Position numbers and translations under genes: made by a program. A stretch of 64,000 nucleotides of DNA, taken from a virus. Taxonomy: Duplodnaviria > Caudoviricetes. The notes under the pieces are model-generated. The model did no database searches and was not told the origin of the DNA. It saw only the letters and a list, made by a program, of their open reading frames with translations. Numbering within the stretch: position 1 is the first letter of the stretch; the number at the start of each line of letters is the position of its first letter. Positions 50,364-60,138 of this stretch are shown piece by piece. The stretch spans positions 32,001 to 96,000 of IMG/VR virus record IMGVR_UViG_3300025751_000013; one strand, 5' to 3'.

Positions 50364-51771
50364 CTTCTAAATCAATTCTCCATGTTCCTACTGGATATTC
50401 GCCATCAATGCTTAATAACCAAGATCCATTTGCATATCGATACTGTATACTTGTATTTAGATTTGTTGTATAGGTAATTGTAGTTGATTCACTTGCATCA
50501 AACACAATAACCCATTTAGCACCATCCCATTCTATTATATCGTTTGCACTAGCCACAAAGTTAGTATTATCGTTATTCTTCCATGCTACTGCGCCTTCAA
50601 CAGCATCGATATTACCAATGTCACCGAGTAATAGTAAGCGAACTCCGGATGCCTTTGTTGTTGTAGGATCAAATGTACTAGGGTCAATAATAAAATCTAC
50701 ACTTGTTCTGCCACTAATAATAGTATCTTGAGGGAAACTATCTGAATCCCAGGCTATATTTAAAACTGTTTCGTTTAATGGGTTTAAACTTATTGTGCCT
50801 GTTGGTGTTGCAGATGAATCTTTATTGTTTAGATATATTCTTGATATGTCGGCTGTAAACTTACCAGGTTGAGTTTCGAATACATCATTCCAGTTTATCG
50901 TACCTAAACTACCTTTATGTATTATTTTTGCAGTAGTACCTTCAACATAAATTGCATAATTTAAATAATTTACATTAGCCATTTGACTTGATATTTCTGT
51001 AACTGCTTTTCTGCCACTTGCTGTTTCTGTTACTCCGGCTGTAATTCCGTCATCGTATGCATTTACTTGAGGTTGCGTAATTCCAGATTCGATATCACCA
51101 GTAGTTTCATCAAATAGACTTGTAATAATATTTTGTATTACACCGAGACGTTTTACTTTTGCAGGCGGCGAAATATAAATCGGAATAATAAAACTAAGCG
51201 TAGCTATATCTACTTCGCTTTCTAATCCCACCGGTACAGTCCTATTACTCCAGTTAATATTTTCTAATTCTAGTGTAGTAATACTTGTCCAGTCAATAAA
51301 ATTATCCGTAGTCTGTAATTCTAGTGTAGGATTAAACCATACACCTATTTGTTCTATAATTTGTAATTTTTGATCTGTATTACTTGTCCATACATCAACA
51401 TTTGCTTTAAGTGTAAACGGAGTCGGCATTAAGCGTTCAACAGTATAATTTTTGCCTTGGGTATTAAGATATTCGTTTGTATTTTCATCAAACTCTCTTT
51501 CTTTAATATTAATTTTATTTACAAAAGATGGATCTTGTGTTCTTTCTCTATCTTGATCTAACCCTGTTATATAAACACTCATTCGTGGAACACTTGGTAA
51601 TTTATTTTCAGAATTATCTCTAATTAAGTTTGCTACTTGTCTAGTTAAATCGCCGTACATAACCGGTACAGTTGTTATTTTTCCTTTACCGTCCTTGACC
51701 GGAAAGTTGCTCATTATACGCATTAACTGTGTAATATAGCGCCTAATTTGTCCATCATAAAAATGTTGCAT
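50359..51771 (-). CDS. gp15: Tail completion/sheath stabiliser, T4 gp15-like, with C-terminal extension
   Basis: HFYDGQIRRYI..VPVMYG..PRMS..DxxR..PTPF..QIIEQIxxWFNP motifs; adjacent to gp14/gp13. Confidence 0.8.
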   Translation of the reverse strand: MQHFYDGQIRRYITQLMRIMSNFPVKDGKGKITTVPVMYGDLTRQVANLIRDNSENKLPSVPRMSVYITGLDQDRERTQDPSFVNKINIKEREFDENTNEYLNTQGKNYTVERLMPTPFTLKANVDVWTSNTDQKLQIIEQIGVWFNPTLELQTTDNFIDWTSITTLELENINWSNRTVPVGLESEVDIATLSFIIPIYISPPAKVKRLGVIQNIITSLFDETTGDIESGITQPQVNAYDDGITAGVTETASGRKAVTEISSQMANVNYLNYAIYVEGTTAKIIHKGSLGTINWNDVFETQPGKFTADISRIYLNNKDSSATPTGTISLNPLNETVLNIAWDSDSFPQDTIISGRTSVDFIIDPSTFDPTTTKASGVRLLLLGDIGNIDAVEGAVAWKNNDNTNFVASANDIIEWDGAKWVIVFDASESTTITYTTNLNTSIQYRYANGSWLLSIDGEYPVGTWRIDLEV

Positions 51772-52922
51772 TAATTATCTGCCTTTGGTTTTAGAGCTTT
51801 ACTAACAGATTGACGCTCGGGTATAGTATCGCCACCTATTGTGTTATTTGCACTATTATTAATAAATCCTGCTTTCAGCGTAGATCTTGTATTTGAATTT
51901 GTAAGTGTTTCACGTAAGTTATCTTCAACCTTAATCCACCTAGTTCCGTCAAATCTAAATAATCTATTAGGCATATAATCTGTTCTTAAAAAATAGTCTC
52001 CAGAATCGTTTGATCCTGGAAATGATATTCCGCTACCAAACGCACTACCGTTAGGTGTTTCACCGTCACCATAATCAACAAGATAACCAGAGTATCCGTC
52101 TTTTTCTGGAGGTCCACTTGTAGTAATGTTTCCGCCGCCGTTAGGATTTTCTATTTGCTGTAAGTCAGCAGTTCCGTCAGCATTACGTGCTATTGTGTAA
52201 AAATGACTAGTTTCATATCCACTTAATGGCGCTTCAACTTCTGCTTGAGCAATTACTGCGTTGTTTATCTGCATTTCTTTTTCGTAAGTAGAAAGCAAGT
52301 CACGTAAAGTATTGCTACCTGGTTCTTCTTCATTAGCAGGTAGATCTAATATCTCACTGTATTCCTGACCGTCGTATATTTGTTTTAGTTTTAATCTATA
52401 TAAATGTGGATACCATGTATGACTAAATCCTTCTGAACCTCTACTTACATCTTCTATTACATAAAACCGTTTTAATGCAATATCATAATCGTTTAGTGCA
52501 TACTCGTCTTTTAAATGTGGTAACTCAATAACATCACCACTTAACGGTTTACGACCTATTGTTTTTACAATACTTCTAATATGCACGGTCATAAACAATG
52601 TATCATTTGACAGGAACAATCCAAATTGACTCAAATCAAAATCAATGTCTTGTACATTATAAATTGCTCTGTGCGTGTATACATCTGGATCATATTTACG
52701 ATCTCTGTTTTCAAGAAATAACAAATCCTGTATGTTAGTTTCCTTTACAGCATCGTATTGAGGCTGTACTGCATCTGCTTCACCCTCAGGTAAATTGTTT
52801 GATCCAAGATATTTATGGATATGAATGTCGGTACCCCCAACAGTAAACATTTCTAGAATTTGTCTGTCAATAAATTCATAATCATTACCGCGTTCGGGTC
52901 TATATAAAGATAACTTTGGCAT
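51771..52922 (-). CDS. gp14: Neck/head-closure protein, T4 gp14-like
   Basis: LSQFGLFL..GDVIELP..FYVIEDV..YRLKL motifs and synteny with gp13/gp15. Start at the second Met (52922) is preferred because ATG 52928 overlaps the promoter box. Confidence 0.75.
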   Translation of the reverse strand: MPKLSLYRPERGNDYEFIDRQILEMFTVGGTDIHIHKYLGSNNLPEGEADAVQPQYDAVKETNIQDLLFLENRDRKYDPDVYTHRAIYNVQDIDFDLSQFGLFLSNDTLFMTVHIRSIVKTIGRKPLSGDVIELPHLKDEYALNDYDIALKRFYVIEDVSRGSEGFSHTWYPHLYRLKLKQIYDGQEYSEILDLPANEEEPGSNTLRDLLSTYEKEMQINNAVIAQAEVEAPLSGYETSHFYTIARNADGTADLQQIENPNGGGNITTSGPPEKDGYSGYLVDYGDGETPNGSAFGSGISFPGSNDSGDYFLRTDYMPNRLFRFDGTRWIKVEDNLRETLTNSNTRSTLKAGFINNSANNTIGGDTIPERQSVSKALKPKADN

Positions 52923-52927
52923 ATACA

Positions 52928-52960
52928 TATTTATCGTAACGATAGTAACTACGATAAATA
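52928..52960. promoter_or_regulatory. Back-to-back late promoters for gp14 (-) and gp13 (+)
   Basis: Perfect 11-bp inverted repeat TATTTATCGTA (52928-52938) / TACGATAAATA (52950-52960); each arm reads ATAAATA outward. Confidence 0.8.
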
Positions 52961-52977
52961 CTATACGGAGATTTCAT

Positions 52978-53736
52978 ATGAGTAGTTTAAAAACAAAAAA
53001 GCAAGAGGTATTTGATTATGTTAACGCATTTTTAGGCGGAGGCATGATTGATGTTGAACTTGACCCAATACATTACGAAACTGCTTTAACAAAGGCATTA
53101 ACACGTTTTAGACAGCGCTCAGACAATTCAGTTGAAGAATCTTATATGTTTATGCCTACAATTGTAGACACTAATGAATATACGCTACCAAGTGAAGTAA
53201 TTGAAGTGCGTAAGTTATTTCGTAGATCAATTGGTTCACGTACTGGCGGCGGAGATGGTGGATCAATATACGAACCGTTTAATTTAGCATATACAAATAC
53301 ATATCTAATGTCTAGTTCAAATTTAGGCGGATTAGCAACATACGATATGTTTAGCCAATACCAAGAACTAGTAGGTAGAATGTTTGGTTCGTTTATTGAG
53401 TTTAAATGGAATACTTCGACTAAAAAATTAACGCTATTACAGCGTCCTAGATCAACCGAAACGTTAATGTTGTATTGCTATAATTATCGTCCAGATGAAC
53501 AGTTACTTGACGATTATCTAGCAAAACAATGGATTAAAGATTATACACTTGCTAGTTGTAAATATATGTTAGGCGAAGCACGTTCAAAGTTTGCTACTAT
53601 TGCTGGGCCTCAAGGTGGAAGTACTCTTAATGGTGACACACTTAAGGCAGAAGCACAAACTGAAATGGATAAGCTAGAACAGGAAGTTATACAACAAGTA
53701 GCAGGCGGCGCAGGTTATAGTTTCCTAATAGGTTAA
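52978..53736 (+). CDS. gp13: Neck/head-tail adaptor, T4 gp13-like
   Basis: LGGGMIDVEL, WIKDYTLAxxKxxLGxxRSKF..GPxGGxxLNG..EAxxExxKLE motifs; RBS GGAG. Confidence 0.85.
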   Translation: MSSLKTKKQEVFDYVNAFLGGGMIDVELDPIHYETALTKALTRFRQRSDNSVEESYMFMPTIVDTNEYTLPSEVIEVRKLFRRSIGSRTGGGDGGSIYEPFNLAYTNTYLMSSSNLGGLATYDMFSQYQELVGRMFGSFIEFKWNTSTKKLTLLQRPRSTETLMLYCYNYRPDEQLLDDYLAKQWIKDYTLASCKYMLGEARSKFATIAGPQGGSTLNGDTLKAEAQTEMDKLEQEVIQQVAGGAGYSFLIG

Positions 53737-54062
53737 AGATCGTTATCGTGTACATACAATTGAATTAGAGCATAGTGTAAAATTTTCATTAAATCTTTGC
53801 GAGCATCTGATGCTGTACCTTTTTTACCGTAACGGTTTGAATACTTATCAACATTACCCATACAGAAACCAGTTCCGTTTCCTCTGTCAATGATTACTTC
53901 AGTTGACTGAAATTTATTTGTGCTGTAATGTCCGTTATATGTTTTATCGATATATTCTTGAAACTCTTCAATATACTTTTTTTCGTCAAATTTGTAATCA
54001 ATAGACGCTGATTTTTCATTATCATTTAAATACAAATCTGATGTTACTTTTGTTAGTCCCAT
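53733..54062 (-). CDS. DUF3310-like protein (T7 gp1.7-related family; possible nucleotide kinase)
   Basis: HY..QxTExI..GFCMGNVxKYxxRYGKK..DLxKxxHY motif. ATG 54062 has a GGAG RBS; the track's TTG start at 54119 is the -35 box. Confidence 0.7.
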   Translation of the reverse strand: MGLTKVTSDLYLNDNEKSASIDYKFDEKKYIEEFQEYIDKTYNGHYSTNKFQSTEVIIDRGNGTGFCMGNVDKYSNRYGKKGTASDARKDLMKILHYALIQLYVHDNDL

Positions 54063-54090
54063 GGGTGCTCCGTTTGTTTTAATAATATTA

Positions 54091-54119
54091 ATTATAACGT
54101 ATTTGTTATTCGATGTCAA
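54091..54119 (-). promoter_or_regulatory. Consensus sigma70-type (early) promoter
   Basis: Minus strand reads TTGACA-N17-TATAAT exactly (54119-54114; 54096-54091). Confidence 0.9.
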
Positions 54120-54120
54120 C

Positions 54121-54456
54121 CTAAAAGTCAGGCTTTAAATCACCTTGTTTCCATTTTACATCTATCTTCTGAACAATACGTTGACAATTAGCACATACGG
54201 TTTTTAGATTACTAGGTCGACAATTTTCCAAATTACCATCCATATGGTAAACGTCAAACTGTTCTTGATAAACACTCTTGTATCCGCATTTTTCGCATAT
54301 GTTCTTTTTTTCATATCCTGCTATCTGCCATCTTGGAATACCGTGTCCGAGTCCGTGTTTTAAACATTGTTCGCATTTGCGTCTATAAAATGTTTTACCA
54401 TTCTTTTTATAATTTATAGCAGCAGGGCGTTGTTTACATATGCATAAAGGTCTCAT
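54121..54456 (-). CDS. HNH-like Zn-binding protein/endonuclease
   Basis: CxC, CxxC, CxxC..HMDGNxxN..NL..CxNC pattern. Confidence 0.75.
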   Translation of the reverse strand: MRPLCICKQRPAAINYKKNGKTFYRRKCEQCLKHGLGHGIPRWQIAGYEKKNICEKCGYKSVYQEQFDVYHMDGNLENCRPSNLKTVCANCQRIVQKIDVKWKQGDLKPDF

Positions 54457-54460
54457 ATTG

Positions 54461-54471
54461 TATTTATCGTA
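54461..54471 (-). promoter_or_regulatory. Late promoter (TACGATAAATA)
   Basis: Same 11-mer as the gp13/gp14 promoters; 4 nt before the HNH ATG. Confidence 0.7.
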
Positions 54472-54524
54472 CCTTTACCGCCCCTTTATCACCGAGTATT
54501 ACAAGCATATAAACCTAAAATCTA

Positions 54525-54531
54525 ATAAATA
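54525..54531 (+). promoter_or_regulatory. Late promoter for sheath gene
   Basis: ATAAATA followed by an AGGAG RBS. Confidence 0.7.
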
Positions 54532-54559
54532 CTATAGTAATTAAACCTTTAGGAGAAAT

Positions 54560-57500
54560 ATGATGGCATTAGTATCACCAGGTGTTGAGGTTCAGGTAAT
54601 TGATGAGAGTTTTTACACTCCAGCTGCTCCTGGTACCGTACCAATGATATTTGTTGCTTCGGCAGAAGATAAAACAAATTCTGCAGGGACAGCCGTAGCA
54701 GCAGGAACAACAAAAGCAAATGCAGGTAAACCGTACCTGTTAACAAGTCAAAAAGATTTAGGAGATTTATTTGGAGATCCTACATTCTACTCAGACGCAA
54801 ACGGAAATATGATTCACGGTGGTGAATTAAACGAATATGGACTACAAGCAGCATACTCATTACTAGGAATTACAAACCAAGTTTATGTAGCAAGAGCAGA
54901 CTTTGACCTAGGCAAACTAGAAGCAAGTGCAACAGCTCCAGCAGGTAAGCCAACAGATGGTGCAAGTTGGTTTGATACAACAAATACTGTGTTTGGTTTA
55001 CTAGAATGGAATGGCAATGCAGTTAATACTACAGGCGGCCAGAGTTTTAGCTCAGTTACACCTTTAGTAATTACTGAGGCATCTGACACTGCAACAGGAA
55101 CAAATCCTTTAGCACCATCAGCAGCAGTAGGTGCAGTAGGTGATTATGCAGTAGTTACACTTAATACTTCAAACAATGTTTGGTATAAGAAAACAGGCGG
55201 AACTTGGGTTCAGGTTGGTTCAACAGATTGGGAAACAGCATGGCCTACAGTTTCAAGTATTGCACCAGTAGGTTCATTTACTGGCGGTGAGACTCTACTA
55301 ATTAACAGTACTACAATTACAGCATCAGGTAATACTCTTGCAGATTTAGTAAGTGATATTAACGGCGCAACAATTACTGGTGTAACAGCATCGCTAGTAA
55401 GCGGAAAGATATACATATATGCAGATAGAACTGCTAACACATCTGCTGGCACTGTAGTTATTGCAGCAGGTACAATGGATCTAGCAGCAGCTGGACTAGT
55501 AGCAGGTACATATGCAATTCCAGCAGTAGCAACCGCAGCCCACACAAGTGTTCCAGAATGGAAGTCGAGTGATACATCTCCACGTCCAACTGGCTCTGTT
55601 TGGTTAAAAACAACTAATCCAAACGGCGGTGCAAACTTCTCAGTTAAGAAATATAGCACAGATACAGGACTATGGTCAAGTGTATCTGCTCCACTTTATA
55701 CATCTAATGCAACAGCAATATATTGGTTAGATAAAACAGGCGGTGGTGCAAATTTAACTCTAGGTGACGTATATGTAAAAGTTAACATAACTGAAGCAGC
55801 AAGACCTATTGTTGATTACAAAATTTTTGCTAGAGCGGGTAACGGCGCTGCAACTGCAACAAGTCCAGTTATTACAGAAAGTACATTTGTTGCACAAGCA
55901 TATGATTTTACAATTTCTGAAACAGTAAAAAACAGTGCAGCATATAGTACTCCTGCAAGTGTTGCATTTACAGCAACAGGTGCAACAACTGATGCAACTT
56001 TAATGGCAGGTGCTATCAATGCAGCAGGACTTACAAACGTAACAGCAAGTGTTACATCTGACAATAAAATTGTTATTACACATGCATTAGGTGGTGAAAT
56101 CAAACTAGTTGATGGAACAAATACTCCACTTGCAGCAGCAGGTTTTGCAGTTTACGATGCAACTGATGCGACAACAACTACTAACTTTTATGCTGACCCA
56201 GATGGAACATCAAATGGTTATGTTGTTTCATTATGGAAAGTATTATCTTACTCAGCATCAGTAAGTGCTCCTAGCACATTAACAGCAGATGGTGAAATTT
56301 GGTATAGTAGTGTAATTGACGAAATAGACATTATGGTACATGATGGTGCTGATTGGAAAGGTTACGCAAATGAATTTGCAACAACTGATCCAGCAGGTCC
56401 AATTGTAAGTGCTACTGCTCCAACAGAGCAATCAGACGGTACTGCATTAGTAGATAATGATCTTTGGATTTCAACAGCAGATCTAGAAAACTTTCCAACT
56501 GTATATCGTTGGAATGCAACATTAAGCTCTTGGGCGGTTGTTGATAAAACAGATCAAACTACTGAAAACGGAATGCTATTTGCAGACGCACGTTGGTCAA
56601 CAACAGGCGGCACAGCAACAGCACATACAGCAGGCGATATAGTAGATATGCTATCAAGCAATTATCTAGATCCAGATGCTCCGGATCCAGCACTATATCC
56701 AAAAGGTATGCTGCTATGGAACCTACGTAGAAGCGGATTTAACGTTAAGCGTTTTGAGCGTAACTATGTAGACACAGGTGAAACTAACCCACGTCAGTCA
56801 GATGCAAGTATGGCAAACTACTATCCACATCGTTGGGTAACTGACTCATCAAATCAACCAGACGGCTCGGGTACATTTGGACGCCACGCACAGCGTAAGT
56901 CAGTTGTACAAGCACTACAAGCAATGGTTAACGGTAACCAAGATATCAGAGATGACGAAACAAGAGTATTCAATATAATGGCTACTCCAGGTTATCCTGA
57001 ACTAATTGGTGAAATGGTAACTCTAAACTATGACAGAAAGCTAACAGCATTTGTTGTAGGTGATACACCATTTAGACTAACACCAGATGCAACATCACTA
57101 AACAACTGGGCAACAAACGTTGCACTAGCTGTTGAAGATAACGATGACGGTGCAGTATCTAAAGACGAATACTTAGGCATGTATTACCCAAGTGGCTTTA
57201 CAAGTGATAACGCAGGTAATAATGTTGTTGTTCCAGCTTCGCATATGGCGCTAAGAACAATAGTATTAAACGACCAAGTTGCTTATCCTTGGTATGCTCC
57301 AGCAGGCTCAAGACGCGGCGGAGTTAGCAATGCTTCAGCAGCAGGTTATATTAATGCTGAGGGAGAATTTGTTTCAATTGCACTAAATGCAGGACAGCGT
57401 GATGTACTATATTCAAATAGCATCAACCCAATTACACCAGTAGCTGGTGCAGGATTGTTAGTATTTGGACAAAAAACTCGTGCTAGAAGTGCAAGTGCAT

Positions 57501-57823
57501 TAGACAGAGTTAACGTTGCAAGACTAACAGTTTACTTACGTAGACAGTTAGAAATACTTGCAAGACCATATCTATTTGAACCAAACGATGCAGCAACAAG
57601 ATCACAAGTTAAAGCAGCAGCAGATGCGCTACTACTAGAACTTGTAAATCTAAGAGCATTGTATGACTTTGTAACTGTATGTGATACAACAAATAACACT
57701 ACAGCTAGAATAGATAGAAATGAGTTGTATTTAGATATAGCCATTGAGCCAGTTAAGTCAATTGAGTTTATTTACATTCCATTGAGAATTAAGAACACAG
57801 GCGAAATAGCAGCATTAGGTTAA
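54560..57823 (+). CDS. gp18: Contractile tail sheath protein
   Basis: LVSPGVEV N-terminus; PWYAPAGxxRG, LYxNxINPI, GQKT..ALDRVNVARL, LFEPND, IEPVKSIEFIYI C-terminal motifs. Confidence 0.95.
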   Translation: MMALVSPGVEVQVIDESFYTPAAPGTVPMIFVASAEDKTNSAGTAVAAGTTKANAGKPYLLTSQKDLGDLFGDPTFYSDANGNMIHGGELNEYGLQAAYSLLGITNQVYVARADFDLGKLEASATAPAGKPTDGASWFDTTNTVFGLLEWNGNAVNTTGGQSFSSVTPLVITEASDTATGTNPLAPSAAVGAVGDYAVVTLNTSNNVWYKKTGGTWVQVGSTDWETAWPTVSSIAPVGSFTGGETLLINSTTITASGNTLADLVSDINGATITGVTASLVSGKIYIYADRTANTSAGTVVIAAGTMDLAAAGLVAGTYAIPAVATAAHTSVPEWKSSDTSPRPTGSVWLKTTNPNGGANFSVKKYSTDTGLWSSVSAPLYTSNATAIYWLDKTGGGANLTLGDVYVKVNITEAARPIVDYKIFARAGNGAATATSPVITESTFVAQAYDFTISETVKNSAAYSTPASVAFTATGATTDATLMAGAINAAGLTNVTASVTSDNKIVITHALGGEIKLVDGTNTPLAAAGFAVYDATDATTTTNFYADPDGTSNGYVVSLWKVLSYSASVSAPSTLTADGEIWYSSVIDEIDIMVHDGADWKGYANEFATTDPAGPIVSATAPTEQSDGTALVDNDLWISTADLENFPTVYRWNATLSSWAVVDKTDQTTENGMLFADARWSTTGGTATAHTAGDIVDMLSSNYLDPDAPDPALYPKGMLLWNLRRSGFNVKRFERNYVDTGETNPRQSDASMANYYPHRWVTDSSNQPDGSGTFGRHAQRKSVVQALQAMVNGNQDIRDDETRVFNIMATPGYPELIGEMVTLNYDRKLTAFVVGDTPFRLTPDATSLNNWATNVALAVEDNDDGAVSKDEYLGMYYPSGFTSDNAGNNVVVPASHMALRTIVLNDQVAYPWYAPAGSRRGGVSNASAAGYINAEGEFVSIALNAGQRDVLYSNSINPITPVAGAGLLVFGQKTRARSASALDRVNVARLTVYLRRQLEILARPYLFEPNDAATRSQVKAAADALLLELVNLRALYDFVTVCDTTNNTTARIDRNELYLDIAIEPVKSIEFIYIPLRIKNTGEIAALG

Positions 57824-57831
57824 TGCTAAAA

Positions 57832-57857
57832 TAAGGGCTCTTTAATTAGAGCCCTTA
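57832..57857 (+). terminator. Stem-loop between gp18 and gp19 (terminator or processing site)
   Basis: 10-bp stem TAAGGGCTCT/AGAGCCCTTA; weak U-tract on the + strand. Confidence 0.5.
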
Positions 57858-57862
57858 ATATG

Positions 57863-57869
57863 ATAAATA
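57863..57869 (+). promoter_or_regulatory. Late promoter for tube gene
   Basis: GATAAATA followed by an AGGAG RBS. Confidence 0.7.
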
Positions 57870-57890
57870 CTACTGTATTAGGAGAATAGA

Positions 57891-58514
57891 ATGCCAGTAA
57901 CAACATTACAAAATTTATCAGTTCCGTTCGAGGGTGAACAGAACTCATCGCTATTGATGCCAAAGCTTCAATATCGTTTTAGAGTATCATTTACAAGCTT
58001 TGGTGCAACTGTAGACGACAACGTAAAAGTCATGCAAGCACAAGTTGTAGATGTAACTCGTCCAAATTTAACATTTGAACAAATCACATTAGATGCTTAT
58101 AACTCAAGAACATATCTTGCAGGTAAGCACACTTGGGACCCTATCTCGCTTACGTTGCGTGAAGATTCAAGTAACAATGTACAAAGAGCAGTTGGCAGCC
58201 AGCTACAGAAACAGTTCGACTTCTTTGAACAAGCTAGTGCAGCATCAGGCGGCAACTACAAATTCCAAACTGTTATTGAAATGCTAGACGGCGGCAATGC
58301 AGGTGTAGGACCACAAGTTTTAGATAGATTCGAACTTAAAGGCTGCTACATTGAATCAGCAAACTATAACACATTAGCATACGGCACAAGTGATGCAGTC
58401 ACAGTTTCATTAAGTATCCGTTATGATAATGCTATACAAAAAGGTACTGACGGAGGCGCTGTAACTGGCGTTGGCGAAGTAACGCCTAGAGGGCTTGGTG
58501 CCGGCGTAGTATAA
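57891..58514 (+). CDS. gp19: Tail tube protein
   Basis: Follows the sheath gene; YRFRV..RP..YLAGKHTWDPISLTLRED..YD tube-fold motifs. Confidence 0.85.
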   Translation: MPVTTLQNLSVPFEGEQNSSLLMPKLQYRFRVSFTSFGATVDDNVKVMQAQVVDVTRPNLTFEQITLDAYNSRTYLAGKHTWDPISLTLREDSSNNVQRAVGSQLQKQFDFFEQASAASGGNYKFQTVIEMLDGGNAGVGPQVLDRFELKGCYIESANYNTLAYGTSDAVTVSLSIRYDNAIQKGTDGGAVTGVGEVTPRGLGAGVV

Positions 58515-58537
58515 AATACTTAGATTGGATTCTATTC

Positions 58538-58569
58538 AAAACGGAGGCTTTACGTCTCCGTTTTTTTTT
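58538..58569 (+). terminator. Intrinsic terminator
   Basis: ACGGAGGC/GTCTCCGT stem followed by a T9 run. Confidence 0.85.
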
Positions 58570-58571
58570 AG

Positions 58572-58578
58572 ATAAATA
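58572..58578 (+). promoter_or_regulatory. Late promoter, leaderless geometry
   Basis: GATAAATA-catt-ATG. Confidence 0.7.
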
Positions 58579-58582
58579 CATT

Positions 58583-59800
58583 ATGGCATATCAATATAGT
58601 AATAACAATAATATACATTTAAAAGATGCACAACATGCACAAAACTTTTATACACAAAGTTCTTTGAGGTTTGCGCCAAATGTAAAGTATCTTTACCATG
58701 TTGTCTTTAATTTAAAAAAAGCAGTAGGTGTAGGTGCTACACCAAACGACGAAGTTGCAAGATTTGCGCCAAACACGTCGAGGCTTTTAAAAGAAATTGC
58801 AGTGATGGTTAAAACAGCAGATTTACCTCAATATACTGCAAGTGTTGATACTAAAAATCAATATAATAGAAAAAAGAATATTCAAACTAGGATCGATTAT
58901 TCTCCCGTTACTATAACACTTCATGATGATAACAGTAGTGTAACATCTACTATGATGAAAGAATACTATAATTATTATTATACAGACGGCGTGAATTCAC
59001 CGACAGCATATTCTACACGTAACAAATATAATTCAAATAATAGATCTAGATACGGTTTAGATAACGATAAAACTGATACATTTTTTGATAATATTAAAAT
59101 ATTCCAATTAGGTAGACAGCGATGGTATAGTTATACATTAGTAAACCCTCTTGTTACTTCTTGGGGGCACGATTCATTAGATTATTCCGATGGTGCAGGA
59201 ACACTTGAAAATACTATGACAATAAATTATGAATCAGTATTTTACGACAACGGTAAGGTAGGCGAAAATAGTGAACCTATTAACTTTGAAGATCCTAGCT
59301 TTTATGATACAACTCCTAGCCCGTTAGAAGCAACTGGATCATCCGGATGGGTGAATCCTGATATTTCAAATGTGATACCTTCACCCGTTAGCGGATTAGT
59401 AAATACTCTTAACACAATTACTAATATAGCAAACACGGCATCTACAGTGGCAAATGTATTTAATCAGTTCGAAGGTTTATCTAGAGGAGCACAAATAGGC
59501 TCTGCTGCAATACTTGCAAGTAGATTGATTCCTCAACAACCAACTGTTTTATCAGGAGCACAAATAGCATCTGAAATTAATGCTTCACCTCAATTTGGAG
59601 CAGTGTTAACTAAACAGGCTGTACTAAAAGGATATGTTCCTGGTTTTGATTCAACTAATGCATGGCAATACGACGAATTAAGTACAACGGAAAAGAATGA
59701 TATAATGAATGATGTGTTTGCAAAGTCGACACAGGTTGAAGAAACAGCAGAGTCATTACCAATTAAGAGACTTGCAACAAATATAATTCAAGGTGGATAA
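58583..59800 (+). CDS. Tube-fold baseplate/tail-tube initiator (gp54/gp48-like)
   Basis: VKTADLP..NQYNRK..IDYSPVTITLHDD..YTLVNP..LDYS..MTINYE resembles the tube-fold family. Confidence 0.65.
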   Translation: MAYQYSNNNNIHLKDAQHAQNFYTQSSLRFAPNVKYLYHVVFNLKKAVGVGATPNDEVARFAPNTSRLLKEIAVMVKTADLPQYTASVDTKNQYNRKKNIQTRIDYSPVTITLHDDNSSVTSTMMKEYYNYYYTDGVNSPTAYSTRNKYNSNNRSRYGLDNDKTDTFFDNIKIFQLGRQRWYSYTLVNPLVTSWGHDSLDYSDGAGTLENTMTINYESVFYDNGKVGENSEPINFEDPSFYDTTPSPLEATGSSGWVNPDISNVIPSPVSGLVNTLNTITNIANTASTVANVFNQFEGLSRGAQIGSAAILASRLIPQQPTVLSGAQIASEINASPQFGAVLTKQAVLKGYVPGFDSTNAWQYDELSTTEKNDIMNDVFAKSTQVEETAESLPIKRLATNIIQGG

Positions 59801-59801
59801 T

Positions 59802-60137
59802 ATGGAATATTTTGATCAAGATAATTTTTTTGATAGGCAGGATAATGAAAGAGTGCCTGTTACATCTAATGAATATAATGCATTAAATGGATATTTTGAA
59901 AAAAGAGGATTTAGTAAATCAAGTTCTAGAAAAATATCTGTAATGCTATTAGAACAAGCAAATAATAATAACATTCCAGTATTTCAATTAATAGATACAC
60001 TTAATGGGTTATCACCTGTAGAACTTAACACTACGATATCTCAAATTTTAAATTTTAATAGAACTAAATCTAGCACAATAGGTTTTTCTCAAAATTTAGA
60101 ATCTGCTAATTTTAGTCAAAGAAATATTATAATTTAA
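59802..60137 (+). CDS. Hypothetical protein (probable virion-related)
   Basis: ATG 59802 follows the upstream stop and has an AGGTGG RBS; no motif recognised. Confidence 0.5.
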   Translation: MEYFDQDNFFDRQDNERVPVTSNEYNALNGYFEKRGFSKSSSRKISVMLLEQANNNNIPVFQLIDTLNGLSPVELNTTISQILNFNRTKSSTIGFSQNLESANFSQRNIII

Positions 60138-60138
60138 A

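Noticed and set aside
54063-54119. N-terminal extension of the DUF3310 ORF from a TTG start
   Set aside because: The TTG is the -35 hexamer; ATG 54062 has the RBS.
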